The notes: generated from the sequence alone by a model not told the origin. A DNA stretch of 64,000 nt from an uncultured Arcobacteraceae bacterium (GCA_964022095.1 CAXHZO010000001.1:342435-406434); one strand, 5' to 3'; shown: positions 35,776 to 46,907, counted from the first letter of the stretch. Made by a program: numbers and translations.

Positions 35776-38503
35776 CCTCATCAATACTAATAAATTCATC
35801 ACGCATATAAACTAAATAAGAATAAACATTTGATGTATCAAAGATTTCACTAATAGCTTTTTTATAGTGATTTACTTGTACTTTATGCTCATTGTGTTTG
35901 TCTTTTGTAGTCTTGTAATCAAGAATATAATAACTATCATTTTTATATAAAAGAAGATCAATAATTTTTATCTCTTCTTTATAAATAATTGACTGCTCAC
36001 TAATAAACTGCGCATCGCTTATTAAGTTATTGAACTCTTCATTTTCAAGTAAGTTATGTATTTGATATTTAATTTTATCAAAATCACTTACATCTAAATA
36101 GTTTGAATATCTACTCTTTGCTAAATTAATACAGTAGTTTAAACTATCAATACTAAACTCATCCATCATCTCTAAACAATAATGAGTTGCTAATCCAAAA
36201 TACTTTGAGTGTAAATGGTTTTCATAATACTCTTTTTGTATTTCAATTTGTTTATCTTGTGTTCCTAAATCAAGTGGTTTATATACAATTTTCTCTGTTT
36301 TTTCATGATTTTTTGACATATTATCACTTGCAATTATATTTCCAACTTTGATTACTTTCATACTTAAGTGATCAAAAACGGAGTTCTTTTGTTTTTTAAA
36401 AATTATCATATTGTTTTTGGCTCTTGTTAGTGCAACATACAAAATATTTAACTCATCATCAATTACTAAAGCTTTCTCTTTTTTTAAAGCCTTTGCATAA
36501 TCAATATTATAGTTCTCATACTTCTTTATCTTATAAAAAATATTGTTTAACTCAACACTATCATAATCAAATAGTAATGTTGATCTATCTGGAGTTTTTT
36601 TCTTTATTCTATCTAGAAGTAAAACAGTATGAAACTCTAATCCTTTTGATTTAAAGATTGTTAATATTTGAAGACCCGTTGACTCACTATTTTCAATACT
36701 ACTATCAAGTCTATCAATCTCATAGACAAAATCTACAATATTATTATAAACCTTGCACTCATCTATAAATTTAATTACATTTTCATCTATAATTTTTAGG
36801 TTTAATGCAAGCTCTTTTATTATTTCTTGCATTGATTTTTTATTAAATGAAATTTCAAAATTAAACTCATGAAGTAATTTTTCTCCAATAAGTGCATTTA
36901 AATTCTCTTTATAAATCTCTTCTTTAAAATATAAATACTTAACTGCATTTATAACTGCTTTTACATTTTGTTGATTAATTAATTTAGATGTCATTTCTGT
37001 AGATATTTTAAGACTTGGAAACTTCTTTTTTAAATAGTAATAAAGACTTAGTACATCATCATTTGTATATGTTAAAACTGCAATATCATTTGAATTAACA
37101 CCCTCTTTCATTAAAGATGCAATCTTAGAAGCTATGTTTTCATATTTATCATCTTCATCTAAAGCCTGATCTTCAAGAACTTCAACATAACCACCTTTTG
37201 TAATACTTTCTTGTTCATAGTATTCATAGCTTGGCAGGTTTATAAATTGAGTGTTTACATAGTTTATTATACTTTCACAAGATCTGTAGTTAGTATTTAA
37301 TACCTCAACTTCAAGTAATTTATTAGTATTTGCTACATAATCAAATAGTTCTCTTTTCCCACCTCTAAATCTATAAATAGATTGTTTTGTATCCCCTACA
37401 TAAAAAAATGTTTTAAACTTACTTTCGTCACCTGATAGAATCTCTTTTATAAGTGGTTCTAAAATCTTGTATTGTAAAAGTGAAGTATCTTGAAACTCAT
37501 CAATTAGCATATGTGAAAATGAACTATCAAGTCTAAAGTATAAAAATTCTTTGTCAATTTTACTTGATAATAAATCATAAACCAAATTTGAAATATCATT
37601 AAATTCTAAATAGTTTTTAGCTTTATTAAACCCTAATTTAAAATCTTTGAACATCTTATATAGCTCAAATAGTTTACTTAAACTATAACCTGCTCTTAAT
37701 TTATAATAAACACCCATTTGTTCTTTTAATTTAAAAAAGTATTCATCTAAAGTTTCATTTGCACATTTTTTAAAATTATTGTGTTCACTTAATGAATCTT
37801 TTTCTAACCATGCTTTAGCAAATAATTCATCAAAACTTTCAAAATCAACTGCTTTTTTAACAGCATTTGAAGCAACAGGACAGTTTAAAATAAACTCTTT
37901 TATTTTATATGCTTGTTTTAAAACTTCATCTTTTTGTAAATCTATTAAAGTTGCATCGATATTTATAGTTTTAATATCTTCATTTTTTTCAAGCAAATTT
38001 TTAAATAGTCCAAATACAGAATTAAACTTCTTTTTTTCATAAAGTGAAAAATCAATCAAGGTTTCAAACTGTTTTGAATCAAGTGATTGCAAAAACCTCA
38101 TACTAAGATTTTCTATATCATCATATTTGATTTCAAAATCATCACTTATTCCAACATATCCACAGAACTCTCTTAGAATTTTATTAATAAATTTATCAAT
38201 TGTAAAAATAGACAAAGTAGCATTTGAAAATGAGTTTATTAAAGAACTTTTTTTACCTAATATTTCTTGTTTTGTTAGTCCTGATTGATTTATTATTTGA
38301 GTTAAATAAGCTTCATCATCACCTAAAGTTAAAAGTGTTTTAAAAATTCTTTCACTCATTTCATTTGCAGCTTTATTAGTAAATGTTAAAGTTAAGATTT
38401 CATTTGGTTTTGCACCAAGAAGTAATAAAGAGATATATCTTACAGTTAATGCAAATGTCTTACCACTACCTGCACTTGCTTTTAGGGCTAAATATTTTTT
38501 CAT
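35768..38503 (-). CDS. addA: RecB/AddA-like helicase-nuclease
   Basis: ASAGSGKT, LTFTNKAA, IDEFQDTS, VGDTKQSIYRFRG, KSKGLEF, YVALTRA; C-terminal nuclease IDLL..ILDYKT. Confidence 0.92.
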   Translation of the reverse strand: MKKYLALKASAGSGKTFALTVRYISLLLLGAKPNEILTLTFTNKAANEMSERIFKTLLTLGDDEAYLTQIINQSGLTKQEILGKKSSLINSFSNATLSIFTIDKFINKILREFCGYVGISDDFEIKYDDIENLSMRFLQSLDSKQFETLIDFSLYEKKKFNSVFGLFKNLLEKNEDIKTINIDATLIDLQKDEVLKQAYKIKEFILNCPVASNAVKKAVDFESFDELFAKAWLEKDSLSEHNNFKKCANETLDEYFFKLKEQMGVYYKLRAGYSLSKLFELYKMFKDFKLGFNKAKNYLEFNDISNLVYDLLSSKIDKEFLYFRLDSSFSHMLIDEFQDTSLLQYKILEPLIKEILSGDESKFKTFFYVGDTKQSIYRFRGGKRELFDYVANTNKLLEVEVLNTNYRSCESIINYVNTQFINLPSYEYYEQESITKGGYVEVLEDQALDEDDKYENIASKIASLMKEGVNSNDIAVLTYTNDDVLSLYYYLKKKFPSLKISTEMTSKLINQQNVKAVINAVKYLYFKEEIYKENLNALIGEKLLHEFNFEISFNKKSMQEIIKELALNLKIIDENVIKFIDECKVYNNIVDFVYEIDRLDSSIENSESTGLQILTIFKSKGLEFHTVLLLDRIKKKTPDRSTLLFDYDSVELNNIFYKIKKYENYNIDYAKALKKEKALVIDDELNILYVALTRAKNNMIIFKKQKNSVFDHLSMKVIKVGNIIASDNMSKNHEKTEKIVYKPLDLGTQDKQIEIQKEYYENHLHSKYFGLATHYCLEMMDEFSIDSLNYCINLAKSRYSNYLDVSDFDKIKYQIHNLLENEEFNNLISDAQFISEQSIIYKEEIKIIDLLLYKNDSYYILDYKTTKDKHNEHKVQVNHYKKAISEIFDTSNVYSYLVYMRDEFISIDEVK

Positions 38504-38580
38504 CTTGACATCATACTAAATTTTTTATTAATAAGATAATTTTAGATATAATCACGACTAAATTTTTGATAGGATGATTA

Positions 38581-39486
38581 ATGCAAAAAAAACACCAAAA
38601 AGTTCAAGTACTACTTGATGCAATACCACATATTAAGAAATTTTTCGGGAAAACCATAGTTATAAAATATGGAGGATCTGCTCAAACAAGTCCAGAACTA
38701 AAAGAAAAATTTGCAGAGGATATAGTACTACTTTCACTTGTAGGAATTAAACCTGTTATTGTTCATGGTGGTGGGGCTAGAATTTCTGAACTATTAGAAA
38801 AACTAGAGATTCATTCAGAGTTTATTGATGGGCATAGAGTTACTAGTGAAGAGACTATGAGAGTAGTTGAAATGGTTTTAAGTGGTGAAATTAATAAAAA
38901 TATTACTTCACTTTTAAATCATCATGGTGCAAAAGCAATTGGTATTTCAGGAAAAGACTCAGCAATAATCAAAGCTACTCCAAAAGATAATGGAAAATTC
39001 GGATACACAGGTGTTATTACTGAAGTAAATGGAACTATGATTAATAATCTTATCAAAGAAGGTTTCATTCCAGTTATTGCTCCAATTGCAGATAGTGCAG
39101 AACCTAATCATCCAGGTTTTAATATCAATGCAGATGTAGCAGCATCTAAAATAGCACAAGCTATTGGTGCCCAAAAAGTACTATTCTTAACAGATACAGT
39201 TGGAGTACTTGATAAAGAGGGTAACTTATTAAATTCATTAGATAAACAAGATGTTAAAAGTTACAAAGATGATGAAACAATCGCAGGGGGAATGATCCCA
39301 AAAGTTGATTCATGCATTGACGCAATTTACAACGGTGTAAATAAAGCTCACATCATAGATGGAAGAGTTGAGCACTCAATTTTATTAGAACTATTTACTA
39401 GTGATGGAGTTGGCACTCAATTTTTAAGAAAAGACAATCCAAACAATGGCATTGATATGGAAAAACTATTAAACGAGGAAGCATAA
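38581..39486 (+). CDS. argB: Acetylglutamate kinase
   Basis: VIKYGG, VHGGG, NINAD, GGMIPKV, HIIDGR. Confidence 0.97.
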   Translation: MQKKHQKVQVLLDAIPHIKKFFGKTIVIKYGGSAQTSPELKEKFAEDIVLLSLVGIKPVIVHGGGARISELLEKLEIHSEFIDGHRVTSEETMRVVEMVLSGEINKNITSLLNHHGAKAIGISGKDSAIIKATPKDNGKFGYTGVITEVNGTMINNLIKEGFIPVIAPIADSAEPNHPGFNINADVAASKIAQAIGAQKVLFLTDTVGVLDKEGNLLNSLDKQDVKSYKDDETIAGGMIPKVDSCIDAIYNGVNKAHIIDGRVEHSILLELFTSDGVGTQFLRKDNPNNGIDMEKLLNEEA

Positions 39487-39487
39487 A

Positions 39488-40969
39488 ATGAATTTTATAG
39501 AAACTAGAGGAAATGACGGTGTTAAACCTAGTGAAGTAACATTTAGTGAAGCTATTTTAAGCCCAAGTGCTTCATTTGGTGGACTTTATGTACCAAAAGA
39601 GTTACCTAAATTAGAAGATAACTTTTTACAAAACCATTTAAACTCTACATACAAAGAGTTAGCATATGATATTTTAAAAGCTTTTAAAATTGATATTGAA
39701 GAAGTAGAAATTCAAAAAGCATTAGATTTATATGACAATTTTGATGATCCATCAAATCCTTGTCCTGTAGTAAAAGTAAAAGATGACTTATTTGTTCATG
39801 AACAATATCATGGCCCAACTAGAGCATTTAAAGATATGGCATTACAACCATTTGGTTCAATTTTAAGTTCAATTGCAAAAGCTAAAAATGAAAAATATCT
39901 TATTTTAGCAGCAACATCAGGTGATACAGGACCAGCTGCACTTAATACTTTTAAAAACAAAGAGAATATTCAAGTTGCATGTTTATATCCAGATGGAGGA
40001 ACAAGTGATGTTCAAAGATTACAAATGGTTTGTGAAGATGGGAAAAACCTTAAAGTAATTGGAATTCATGGTAACTTTGACGATGCACAAAGTGCACTTA
40101 AAAATTTACTTGCTTCTGATTCATTTAAAGAAGAGCTAAAAAATGATGGTATTAAATTAAGTGCTGCAAATTCAGTAAACTTTGGAAGAATTATATTTCA
40201 AATAATTTATCATTTTTGGTCATATATTCAATTACTTAAACAAGAAGAGATTAAATTTGGTGAAAAAATTTATTTAGTAGTTCCATCTGGAAATTTTGGA
40301 AATGTACTTGGTGGTTTTTATGCACTTCAAATGGGTGTTCCAATTGAAAAACTTTTAGTTGCTTCAAATGAAAACAAGATCTTAACTGAATGGATTAATA
40401 CAGGTGTTTATGATATTAATGACAAAGAGTTAAAACTTACAAAATCACCTGCAATGGATATTTTAAAATCATCAAATATAGAAAGAGTAATTTATTCACT
40501 ATATGGAGCAGAAAGAACAAAAGAGATGATGGAAAGTCTAAATAGTAACAAAAAGTTTGTAATGAGTGAAGATGAAACAAAACAGTTACAAAAATATTTC
40601 AGTGCAATTAACTCAAATGATACATATGGAGCAAAAGTTATCAAATCGTTTTTAGATGAAGGATACCTTATGGATCCACATACAGCCACTTGTATAAAAG
40701 CATATGAAGATTTAAAAGAAAAAGATTTAAAAACTGTTATTTATTCAACTGCTGAGTGGACAAAGTTCTCTCCTACAGTACTAAATGCATTAAAAGAAAA
40801 TAATGAAAAATATGCAGATAAAGAAGCTTTAGAAGAAATATCTTCAAAATATGATGCAAACTTACCTCAAAGTATTAAAGAACTATTTAACTCAAAAATA
40901 CTACATGATTCAATTATTGACAAAGACAATATTGAGTCACAAATCGTTAAATTCATTAGAGAATCATAA
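39488..40969 (+). CDS. thrC: Threonine synthase
   Basis: GGLYVP, HGPTRAFKDMALQ, ATSGDTG, SANSVNFGR, VPSGNFGN, SPAMDILKSSN. Confidence 0.96.
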   Translation: MNFIETRGNDGVKPSEVTFSEAILSPSASFGGLYVPKELPKLEDNFLQNHLNSTYKELAYDILKAFKIDIEEVEIQKALDLYDNFDDPSNPCPVVKVKDDLFVHEQYHGPTRAFKDMALQPFGSILSSIAKAKNEKYLILAATSGDTGPAALNTFKNKENIQVACLYPDGGTSDVQRLQMVCEDGKNLKVIGIHGNFDDAQSALKNLLASDSFKEELKNDGIKLSAANSVNFGRIIFQIIYHFWSYIQLLKQEEIKFGEKIYLVVPSGNFGNVLGGFYALQMGVPIEKLLVASNENKILTEWINTGVYDINDKELKLTKSPAMDILKSSNIERVIYSLYGAERTKEMMESLNSNKKFVMSEDETKQLQKYFSAINSNDTYGAKVIKSFLDEGYLMDPHTATCIKAYEDLKEKDLKTVIYSTAEWTKFSPTVLNALKENNEKYADKEALEEISSKYDANLPQSIKELFNSKILHDSIIDKDNIESQIVKFIRES

Positions 40970-41052
40970 GATTCTTTAATGGCAAATATCCTATAAAAAA
41001 CTTGCTTTACTTGTGTAAATTCTTCTCAAAAACTTCTACATAAGTTTTCCTT

Positions 41053-41066
41053 ATGACTTAAATCAA
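41053..41066 (+). promoter_or_regulatory. Crp/Fnr-family-like site upstream of petABC promoter
   Basis: ATGAC-ttaa-ATCAA (8/10 match to TTGAT-N4-ATCAA); TATAAT at 41089-41094. Confidence 0.45.
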
Positions 41067-41129
41067 TTCAATTTAAGTATGAAAATTATATAATAACCTG
41101 ATTTAAAACTAAAAAAAAGGAAGCCAAAT

Positions 41130-41627
41130 ATGTCTAACGAAACAAATAGACGAGATTTTATTGGTTACTCATTTGCTGCAGTTGCTGCAGTAGGTGGTGC
41201 TGCGTCGCTTGTTGGTATGAAACAAGTTTGGGATCCATTACCAAGCGTTCTTGCTGGTGGATTTACTAAATTTGACCTAAGTACTTTAAAAGCAGGTACT
41301 CCAGAAGTTATTACATGGAGGGGTAAACCTATCTTTGTTCTTAAAAAAACAGCTGATATGGAGCCAAGTGAAAGAGATTTAGTTATCGGTGAAGATAGAT
41401 TCACTGTTGTTATTGGATTATGTACACACTTAGGATGTATTCCTGCTTGGAAAAAAACTCAATGGAAATGTGCCTGTCACGGTGGAGAGTTTAACTCTTC
41501 TGCAAAAAATACTTTTGGTCCACCACCAAGACCTCTTGATTTAGCTCCATTTAGTGTTTCTGGTACAACTATCACTTTAGGTGAAGATGGTCCTGAGTAT
41601 CAAAAAATGCTTAATGCAGTAATATAA
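41130..41627 (+). CDS. petA: Rieske iron-sulfur subunit of cytochrome bc complex
   Basis: Tat signal NRRDFI, CTHLGC, CACHG, GPPPRPL. Confidence 0.97.
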   Translation: MSNETNRRDFIGYSFAAVAAVGGAASLVGMKQVWDPLPSVLAGGFTKFDLSTLKAGTPEVITWRGKPIFVLKKTADMEPSERDLVIGEDRFTVVIGLCTHLGCIPAWKKTQWKCACHGGEFNSSAKNTFGPPPRPLDLAPFSVSGTTITLGEDGPEYQKMLNAVI

Positions 41628-41637
41628 GGGAGTAGTT

Positions 41638-42888
41638 ATGGCAAAATTTGAAAAAGCAAACTCTGTTGGAGAATGGTTAGACCAAAGATTAAATACTACT
41701 ACACTTAATAAAGTACTAATGACTGAGTACTGGATTCCAAAAGATATTAACTTCTTATGGGCAATGGGTGTTTTATTAGCAACAACTTTTGGTATCTTAG
41801 TGATTTCTGGTTTATTCTTAATGATGTACTACAAGCCAGATGTAAATTTAGCATTTGATTCTGTTAACTACACAATTATGCAAGAAGTTGCATTTGGTTG
41901 GTTATTTAGACATATGCATGGTGTTGCAGCTTCTGTTGTATTCTTAATTATTTATATTCACATGTTTACAGGTATCTACTATGGTTCTTATAAACAAGGT
42001 AGAGAAATGATTTGGATTTCTGGTATGTTATTATTTATGACATTCTCTGCTGCTGGATTCTCTGGATATATGTTACCATGGGGACAAATGTCTTACTGGG
42101 CTGCAATGGTTATTACTAACTTATTTGGTGGTGTTCCAGTTATTGGTGATGCTTTAGTTGTATGGATTAGAGGTGACTTTAACGTTGCTGATGCTACATT
42201 AACTAGATTCTTTATGTTACACGTATTCTTATTGCCTATTACAATTATGGGTATTATTGGATTACACTTCTATACATTAAGAATTCCTCACGTTAATAAT
42301 CAAACATCTGATGAATTTGATTTTGATGAAGAAGCTGAAAAATATTTAGCTGGTAATAAAAGAGAATCAAAAGTTATTCCTTTCTGGCCAGTATTTATCT
42401 CTAAAGATTTAGCTGTATTAGGTATTTTCTTAATTTTCTACTTCTATTTAGTATTCTTCCATTACAATTTTGCAATGGACCCAGTAAACTTTGACCCTGC
42501 AGATAACATGGTTACTCCTGCACATATTTACCCTGAGTGGTATTTCTTATGGTCATATGAAGTATTAAGAGGATTCTTCTTTGATATTGCTGGATTTAAA
42601 GCATTTGATATTGGTTTAATTGCATTTGCATTTGCTAATGCGATCTTCTTAGTATTACCATGGTTAGATAGAGATCCAAAAATCTTACCAGCACACAGAA
42701 GACCTAAATTCTTTATTTGGTTCTGGATATTAATGATTGACTTAATTGTATTAACTGTTTATGGTAAATTACCTCCAACAGGTACAAATGCATGGGTTGG
42801 ATTCTTTGCAGCGGTTGCATTTATTTTATTATTCGTTGTATTACCAATCGTTACGAAGTTAGACGCTAAGAAAAGAGGAGATGCATAA
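41638..42888 (+). CDS. petB: Cytochrome b
   Basis: GWLFRHMH, GYMLPWGQMSYW, TLTRFFMLH, HIYPEWYF. Confidence 0.98.
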   Translation: MAKFEKANSVGEWLDQRLNTTTLNKVLMTEYWIPKDINFLWAMGVLLATTFGILVISGLFLMMYYKPDVNLAFDSVNYTIMQEVAFGWLFRHMHGVAASVVFLIIYIHMFTGIYYGSYKQGREMIWISGMLLFMTFSAAGFSGYMLPWGQMSYWAAMVITNLFGGVPVIGDALVVWIRGDFNVADATLTRFFMLHVFLLPITIMGIIGLHFYTLRIPHVNNQTSDEFDFDEEAEKYLAGNKRESKVIPFWPVFISKDLAVLGIFLIFYFYLVFFHYNFAMDPVNFDPADNMVTPAHIYPEWYFLWSYEVLRGFFFDIAGFKAFDIGLIAFAFANAIFLVLPWLDRDPKILPAHRRPKFFIWFWILMIDLIVLTVYGKLPPTGTNAWVGFFAAVAFILLFVVLPIVTKLDAKKRGDA

Positions 42889-43772
42889 TGAGAGAATTAA
42901 AAATATTAGCAGTAGTTGTAGCTTTAACGCTAGTAACTTACTGGGGAGTTGAGCCATTTGCTCACTCTCAAATGCACCCTCATGTAGCACCAGCTGATTT
43001 TACATTTTCTGATACAAAAGAAGATGCAGCTGATGTTAAAGCTTTAACTGGAGATGCAGCTAACGGTCAAGTTTTAGTAACATCAAATTGTACAGCTTGT
43101 CACTCAATTGAGTCTCAAGGTTTCCCAAAAGTTATGGATGATGCTACTAGTTCAGCAGCATATGGTGTTGTTCCACCAGATTTAGGAAGTGCTGGGAAAT
43201 TATATAATGAGTCTTATTTAGCTGCATTTATAAAAAACCCTGCTAAAGCTGCAAAAGTTGAACACAAATTCCAAGATGGAGCTGTTCATCCAATGCCAGG
43301 TTATGGATGGATGCAACCTCAAGAGATTGCAGATATGATTGCTTATTTAAAATCTATTGCTCCAAAAGAGATGACAAATAAAGAAGTATTTAGTAATGCT
43401 TGTCAAAGATGTCATGGTATTAAATATGCAGATATGTTAAACGGTACAATGGCTGCATATACACCAGATGCTGATATCAAAAAGTATATGGGTAAACTAC
43501 CACCTGATTTATCTCAACATATTAGATCAAGAGGACATGAATATTTAGAGACATTTATAAATAATCCTCAAAAACACTTAGAAGGTACAGCAATGCCTAG
43601 AGTTGGACTAAATGAAGAGTCACAAGCTCAAGTTGTTGCTTACTTAGAAGAAGTGGGTGATTCTAAAAAAGCGCAGAGAGAAGAGTTAGGACCTAAGTTC
43701 TTAATCTACTTAGTAATCTTTGCTATCTTTGCTTGGTTATGGAAATCAAGTAAATGGAGAGAACTTCACTAA
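42888..43772 (+). CDS. petC: Diheme cytochrome c subunit of bc complex
   Basis: Two CXXCH motifs (CTACH, CQRCH), two PPDL motifs, C-terminal TM. Confidence 0.95.
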   Translation: MRELKILAVVVALTLVTYWGVEPFAHSQMHPHVAPADFTFSDTKEDAADVKALTGDAANGQVLVTSNCTACHSIESQGFPKVMDDATSSAAYGVVPPDLGSAGKLYNESYLAAFIKNPAKAAKVEHKFQDGAVHPMPGYGWMQPQEIADMIAYLKSIAPKEMTNKEVFSNACQRCHGIKYADMLNGTMAAYTPDADIKKYMGKLPPDLSQHIRSRGHEYLETFINNPQKHLEGTAMPRVGLNEESQAQVVAYLEEVGDSKKAQREELGPKFLIYLVIFAIFAWLWKSSKWRELH

Positions 43773-43788
43773 GAAGTTTTCTTCATAA

Positions 43789-43828
43789 ATAAAAAAGGGG
43801 AAGCTAAAATAGCTTCCCCTTTTTTTAT
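43789..43828. terminator. Bidirectional terminator between petC and rsmE
   Basis: AAAAAAGGGGAAGCT-aaaat-AGCTTCCCCTTTTTT. Confidence 0.9.
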
Positions 43829-43842
43829 ATTCTTAAATTTAT

Positions 43843-44514
43843 TTAAATCAATATTTTTGAGCTTAAACTAATAGCTGCAGTTTCACTTTTTAAAATCAAA
43901 TTTGAATTAAAACCAACTATATATTCAGGATTAAAATCATTTCTCTCATCTGAAGAAAAACCACCTTCACAGCCAACAACAATTGTTTTTATTTTATCTT
44001 TTTTTTCATCAACTAAACTTGAACTAAAATCTAAAAAATAAACCTCATCATTTTGAGCTAAAAAGTCATCTAAAGTTTTACAAACTTCTAGTTTTATAAT
44101 ATCACTTCTACCACATTGACTAGAAGAGTTTATTAAAATCTTTTCTAGTTTTTCAATATTTATTTTAAAGTTCTTTTGTGAATATTCACAATAAATAAAA
44201 GTGATCTTATCAACTCCAAGTTCATTTAATGATGCAATATTCTTCTCAATAGTTTTTGGATCAACTAAGCACCAACCTATATGAATTTTTTTGTTATTAT
44301 TAATAACTTTCTCTTCACTTGATATTAATTGAAATGTTGCATCTTTTTTTGAAATATTTACTAATTTGTATAAATATATTTTTGAATCTTTTAAATTTCT
44401 AAAATATATTTCATCATTAATCTTATGACGCCTTGCTTTTATTAAATATTTATAAACATCATCTTTGATGATTAAAATAGATTCTCCACTGTTCTGCTCA
44501 TAAGTGAACTGCAT
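43843..44514 (-). CDS. rsmE: 16S rRNA (uracil1498-N3)-methyltransferase
   Basis: ELGV, SSQCGR, VGCEGGFS, ILKSETA. Confidence 0.92.
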   Translation of the reverse strand: MQFTYEQNSGESILIIKDDVYKYLIKARRHKINDEIYFRNLKDSKIYLYKLVNISKKDATFQLISSEEKVINNNKKIHIGWCLVDPKTIEKNIASLNELGVDKITFIYCEYSQKNFKINIEKLEKILINSSSQCGRSDIIKLEVCKTLDDFLAQNDEVYFLDFSSSLVDEKKDKIKTIVVGCEGGFSSDERNDFNPEYIVGFNSNLILKSETAAISLSSKILI

Positions 44515-44918
44515 TAAAATACCTTAGAAATAACATACACTAATACTAATACCATTATTTCAATAGTATATATTTTTTTAGCATATTTATAAAACTCTTG
44601 TTGAAGTTCTACATCTGTACTTTTAATAACTCTCATTTTTTTGAATCTTTTAATCTCTATTACAAGTAAAAATATTGAAGCTGGTATCATCAGCGCAATT
44701 GTTACACTAAAATATTGAGCATAAAAAGCAACAACTGTTCCTGTATAAATTACTATTGCATTTGTTAAATGATATAAAGGGGTCATAAACTTTAATCTTC
44801 TAGCTAATTTAATAAAATCTTTTTGTGTACTCACACTGTATAAATTAAAAAGCATTATCCCAAGAAAAAAGTATATTACATATACGTGTGTGTCTATTGC
44901 ACTTTGCATTAATTCCAT
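44514..44918 (-). CDS. Hypothetical membrane protein
   Basis: 134 aa with about four hydrophobic segments; coupled to rsmE. Confidence 0.8.
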   Translation of the reverse strand: MELMQSAIDTHVYVIYFFLGIMLFNLYSVSTQKDFIKLARRLKFMTPLYHLTNAIVIYTGTVVAFYAQYFSVTIALMIPASIFLLVIEIKRFKKMRVIKSTDVELQQEFYKYAKKIYTIEIMVLVLVYVISKVF

Positions 44919-45001
44919 AATTTGTTTATCTCTCTTTTAAAAAATTTTGGTATTATATCTAACTTGTCATAAGTTTTTTATTTCAACAAAAAAGGAATAA
45001 T

Positions 45002-46225
45002 ATGGCTATAAGTACTCAAGAAGCTATAGACATAATTTCAAATTTAAATATTAATTTAGATTTTGAAATACTACCAATCGAAAACGCAGTAGATAGAATC
45101 AGTGCAGAAGATATATATGCAACATCTTCATTACCTAAATTCAATAACTCAGCAATGGATGGCTATGCAATAATATATAGTTCGAAACATAAAGAGTTAA
45201 AAATAATAGATACTATTTTTGCAGGTGATGATAATAAAACTTTATTAGATGAAAACAGTTGTATTAAAATTATGACTGGTGCTAGAATTCCTTCTAATGC
45301 AACAGCAGTTATTCCAAAAGAAGATACTTTAAAACTTAACGATAATAAAATAAAAATAGAAAAAAATGTTAAAGAATTTCAACATATCAGATTTATTGGT
45401 GAAGATATAAAAGAAAAAGATTTATTAATTAAAAAATCTGAAACTATAAATTTTGCAAAAATTACACTTCTTGCAAGTCAAGGATTTTCGCACATGAAAG
45501 TTTTTAAAAAACCAAAAGTAGTTGTTTTTGCAAGTGGAGAAGAGTTAAAACTTCATTATGAAAAAATACAAGAACATCAAATATACAACTCAAATACACC
45601 AACTTTTATGGCAAGAGCCAGTGAACTTGGATGTGATGTTACTTTCATAGGACAAGCACAAGATAGTATTGAATCAATTAAAACTTTAGTAAAAAATAGT
45701 TTAGATGCTGATTTAATAGTAACTTCTGGTGGAGTTTCTGTTGGTGATGCTGATTTTACAAAAGAAGCTTTTAATGAGCTTGATTGTGAAAATATATTTG
45801 ATGGAATAATTATCAAACCAGGTAAACCAACAGTTTTAGGAAAAATTAAAAATACATATATTTTAAATCTTCCAGGAAATCCACTTGCAAGTGCTTTAAT
45901 TTTTGAATTATTTGGAAAAATATTAGTTCAAAAATTAATTGGCTCAAATGAAATCTATCCTAAATATATCGTGGGAAAACTAAGTGAAGATTTTAAAACA
46001 AGAAAAGGAAGACTTTCTATGATTCCAGGAATGTTTGATGGTGAATATTTTACTATGGAGCAAAAAAGAAGTCCTGGTATGGTTTCAACACTTAGTAGTT
46101 GTAACTCTATAATCGTAATTGATGAAAATGTTGGAGAATTAAAGAAAGACTCATTAGTAAAAATTTTACCAATAAACTGGAAATTCTTTAGAGAAGACAA
46201 TAAGGATTTTTTAACCTATGAATAA
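45002..46225 (+). CDS. moeA: Molybdopterin molybdotransferase
   Basis: NSAMDGYA, IMTGA, SGEEL, TSGGVSVGDAD, KPGKP, LPGNP. Confidence 0.96.
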   Translation: MAISTQEAIDIISNLNINLDFEILPIENAVDRISAEDIYATSSLPKFNNSAMDGYAIIYSSKHKELKIIDTIFAGDDNKTLLDENSCIKIMTGARIPSNATAVIPKEDTLKLNDNKIKIEKNVKEFQHIRFIGEDIKEKDLLIKKSETINFAKITLLASQGFSHMKVFKKPKVVVFASGEELKLHYEKIQEHQIYNSNTPTFMARASELGCDVTFIGQAQDSIESIKTLVKNSLDADLIVTSGGVSVGDADFTKEAFNELDCENIFDGIIIKPGKPTVLGKIKNTYILNLPGNPLASALIFELFGKILVQKLIGSNEIYPKYIVGKLSEDFKTRKGRLSMIPGMFDGEYFTMEQKRSPGMVSTLSSCNSIIVIDENVGELKKDSLVKILPINWKFFREDNKDFLTYE

Positions 46226-46907
46226 AAAAAGTTCAAAGAAAAAAGCAATATGTATTTTAAGTGGAGGTATGGATTCAACTTTAGCTTCATATATTGCAAA
46301 AAAACAAGATAATTATGAAATTATTGCTGTTCATTTTAATTATGGACAAAGAACTGAAAAAAGAGAGCTACAAGCTTTTAGAGATATTTGTGCAGATTTA
46401 GAAATTTTAGAAAAATATGAAATAGATATTCCATTTTTCACACAAATTGGTGCTAGTGCATTAACAGATAAAGCCATTGATGTACCAACAGATGGGGTAG
46501 AAGCTGGTGTTCCTATTACATATGTACCCTTTAGAAATGGTATTTTTCTTTCAATTACAGCTGCAATTGCTGAAAAAGAAGGGGCAACAGCTATGTATAT
46601 AGGTGTTGTACAAGAAGACAGTTCAGGATATCCTGACTGTACTGATACATTTATAAATGATATGACAAAAGCGATTAATCAAGGAACGAAAGATGATACT
46701 AATATAGAAATATTAACTCCTTTAGTTCATTTATCAAAAGCTCAAATTGTACAAGAAGCAATTAAACTTGAGGTTCCGTTAGAACATACTTGGTCATGCT
46801 ATAAAGAAGAAGACCAAGCTTGTGGGGTATGTGATTCTTGTAGATTAAGATTAAATGGATTTAAATTAGCAAATTCAATTGATCCAATACCTTACAAGGC
46901 TTTATAA
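46218..46907 (+). CDS. queC: 7-cyano-7-deazaguanine synthase
   Basis: SGGMDS, FNYGQR, TYVPFRN, GYPDC, WSCY..CGVCDSC. Confidence 0.97.
   Translation: MNKKSSKKKAICILSGGMDSTLASYIAKKQDNYEIIAVHFNYGQRTEKRELQAFRDICADLEILEKYEIDIPFFTQIGASALTDKAIDVPTDGVEAGVPITYVPFRNGIFLSITAAIAEKEGATAMYIGVVQEDSSGYPDCTDTFINDMTKAINQGTKDDTNIEILTPLVHLSKAQIVQEAIKLEVPLEHTWSCYKEEDQACGVCDSCRLRLNGFKLANSIDPIPYKAL

Noticed and set aside
42888-43772. Two heme motifs in the cytochrome c1 position
   Set aside because: Diheme PetC is already known for this phylum.
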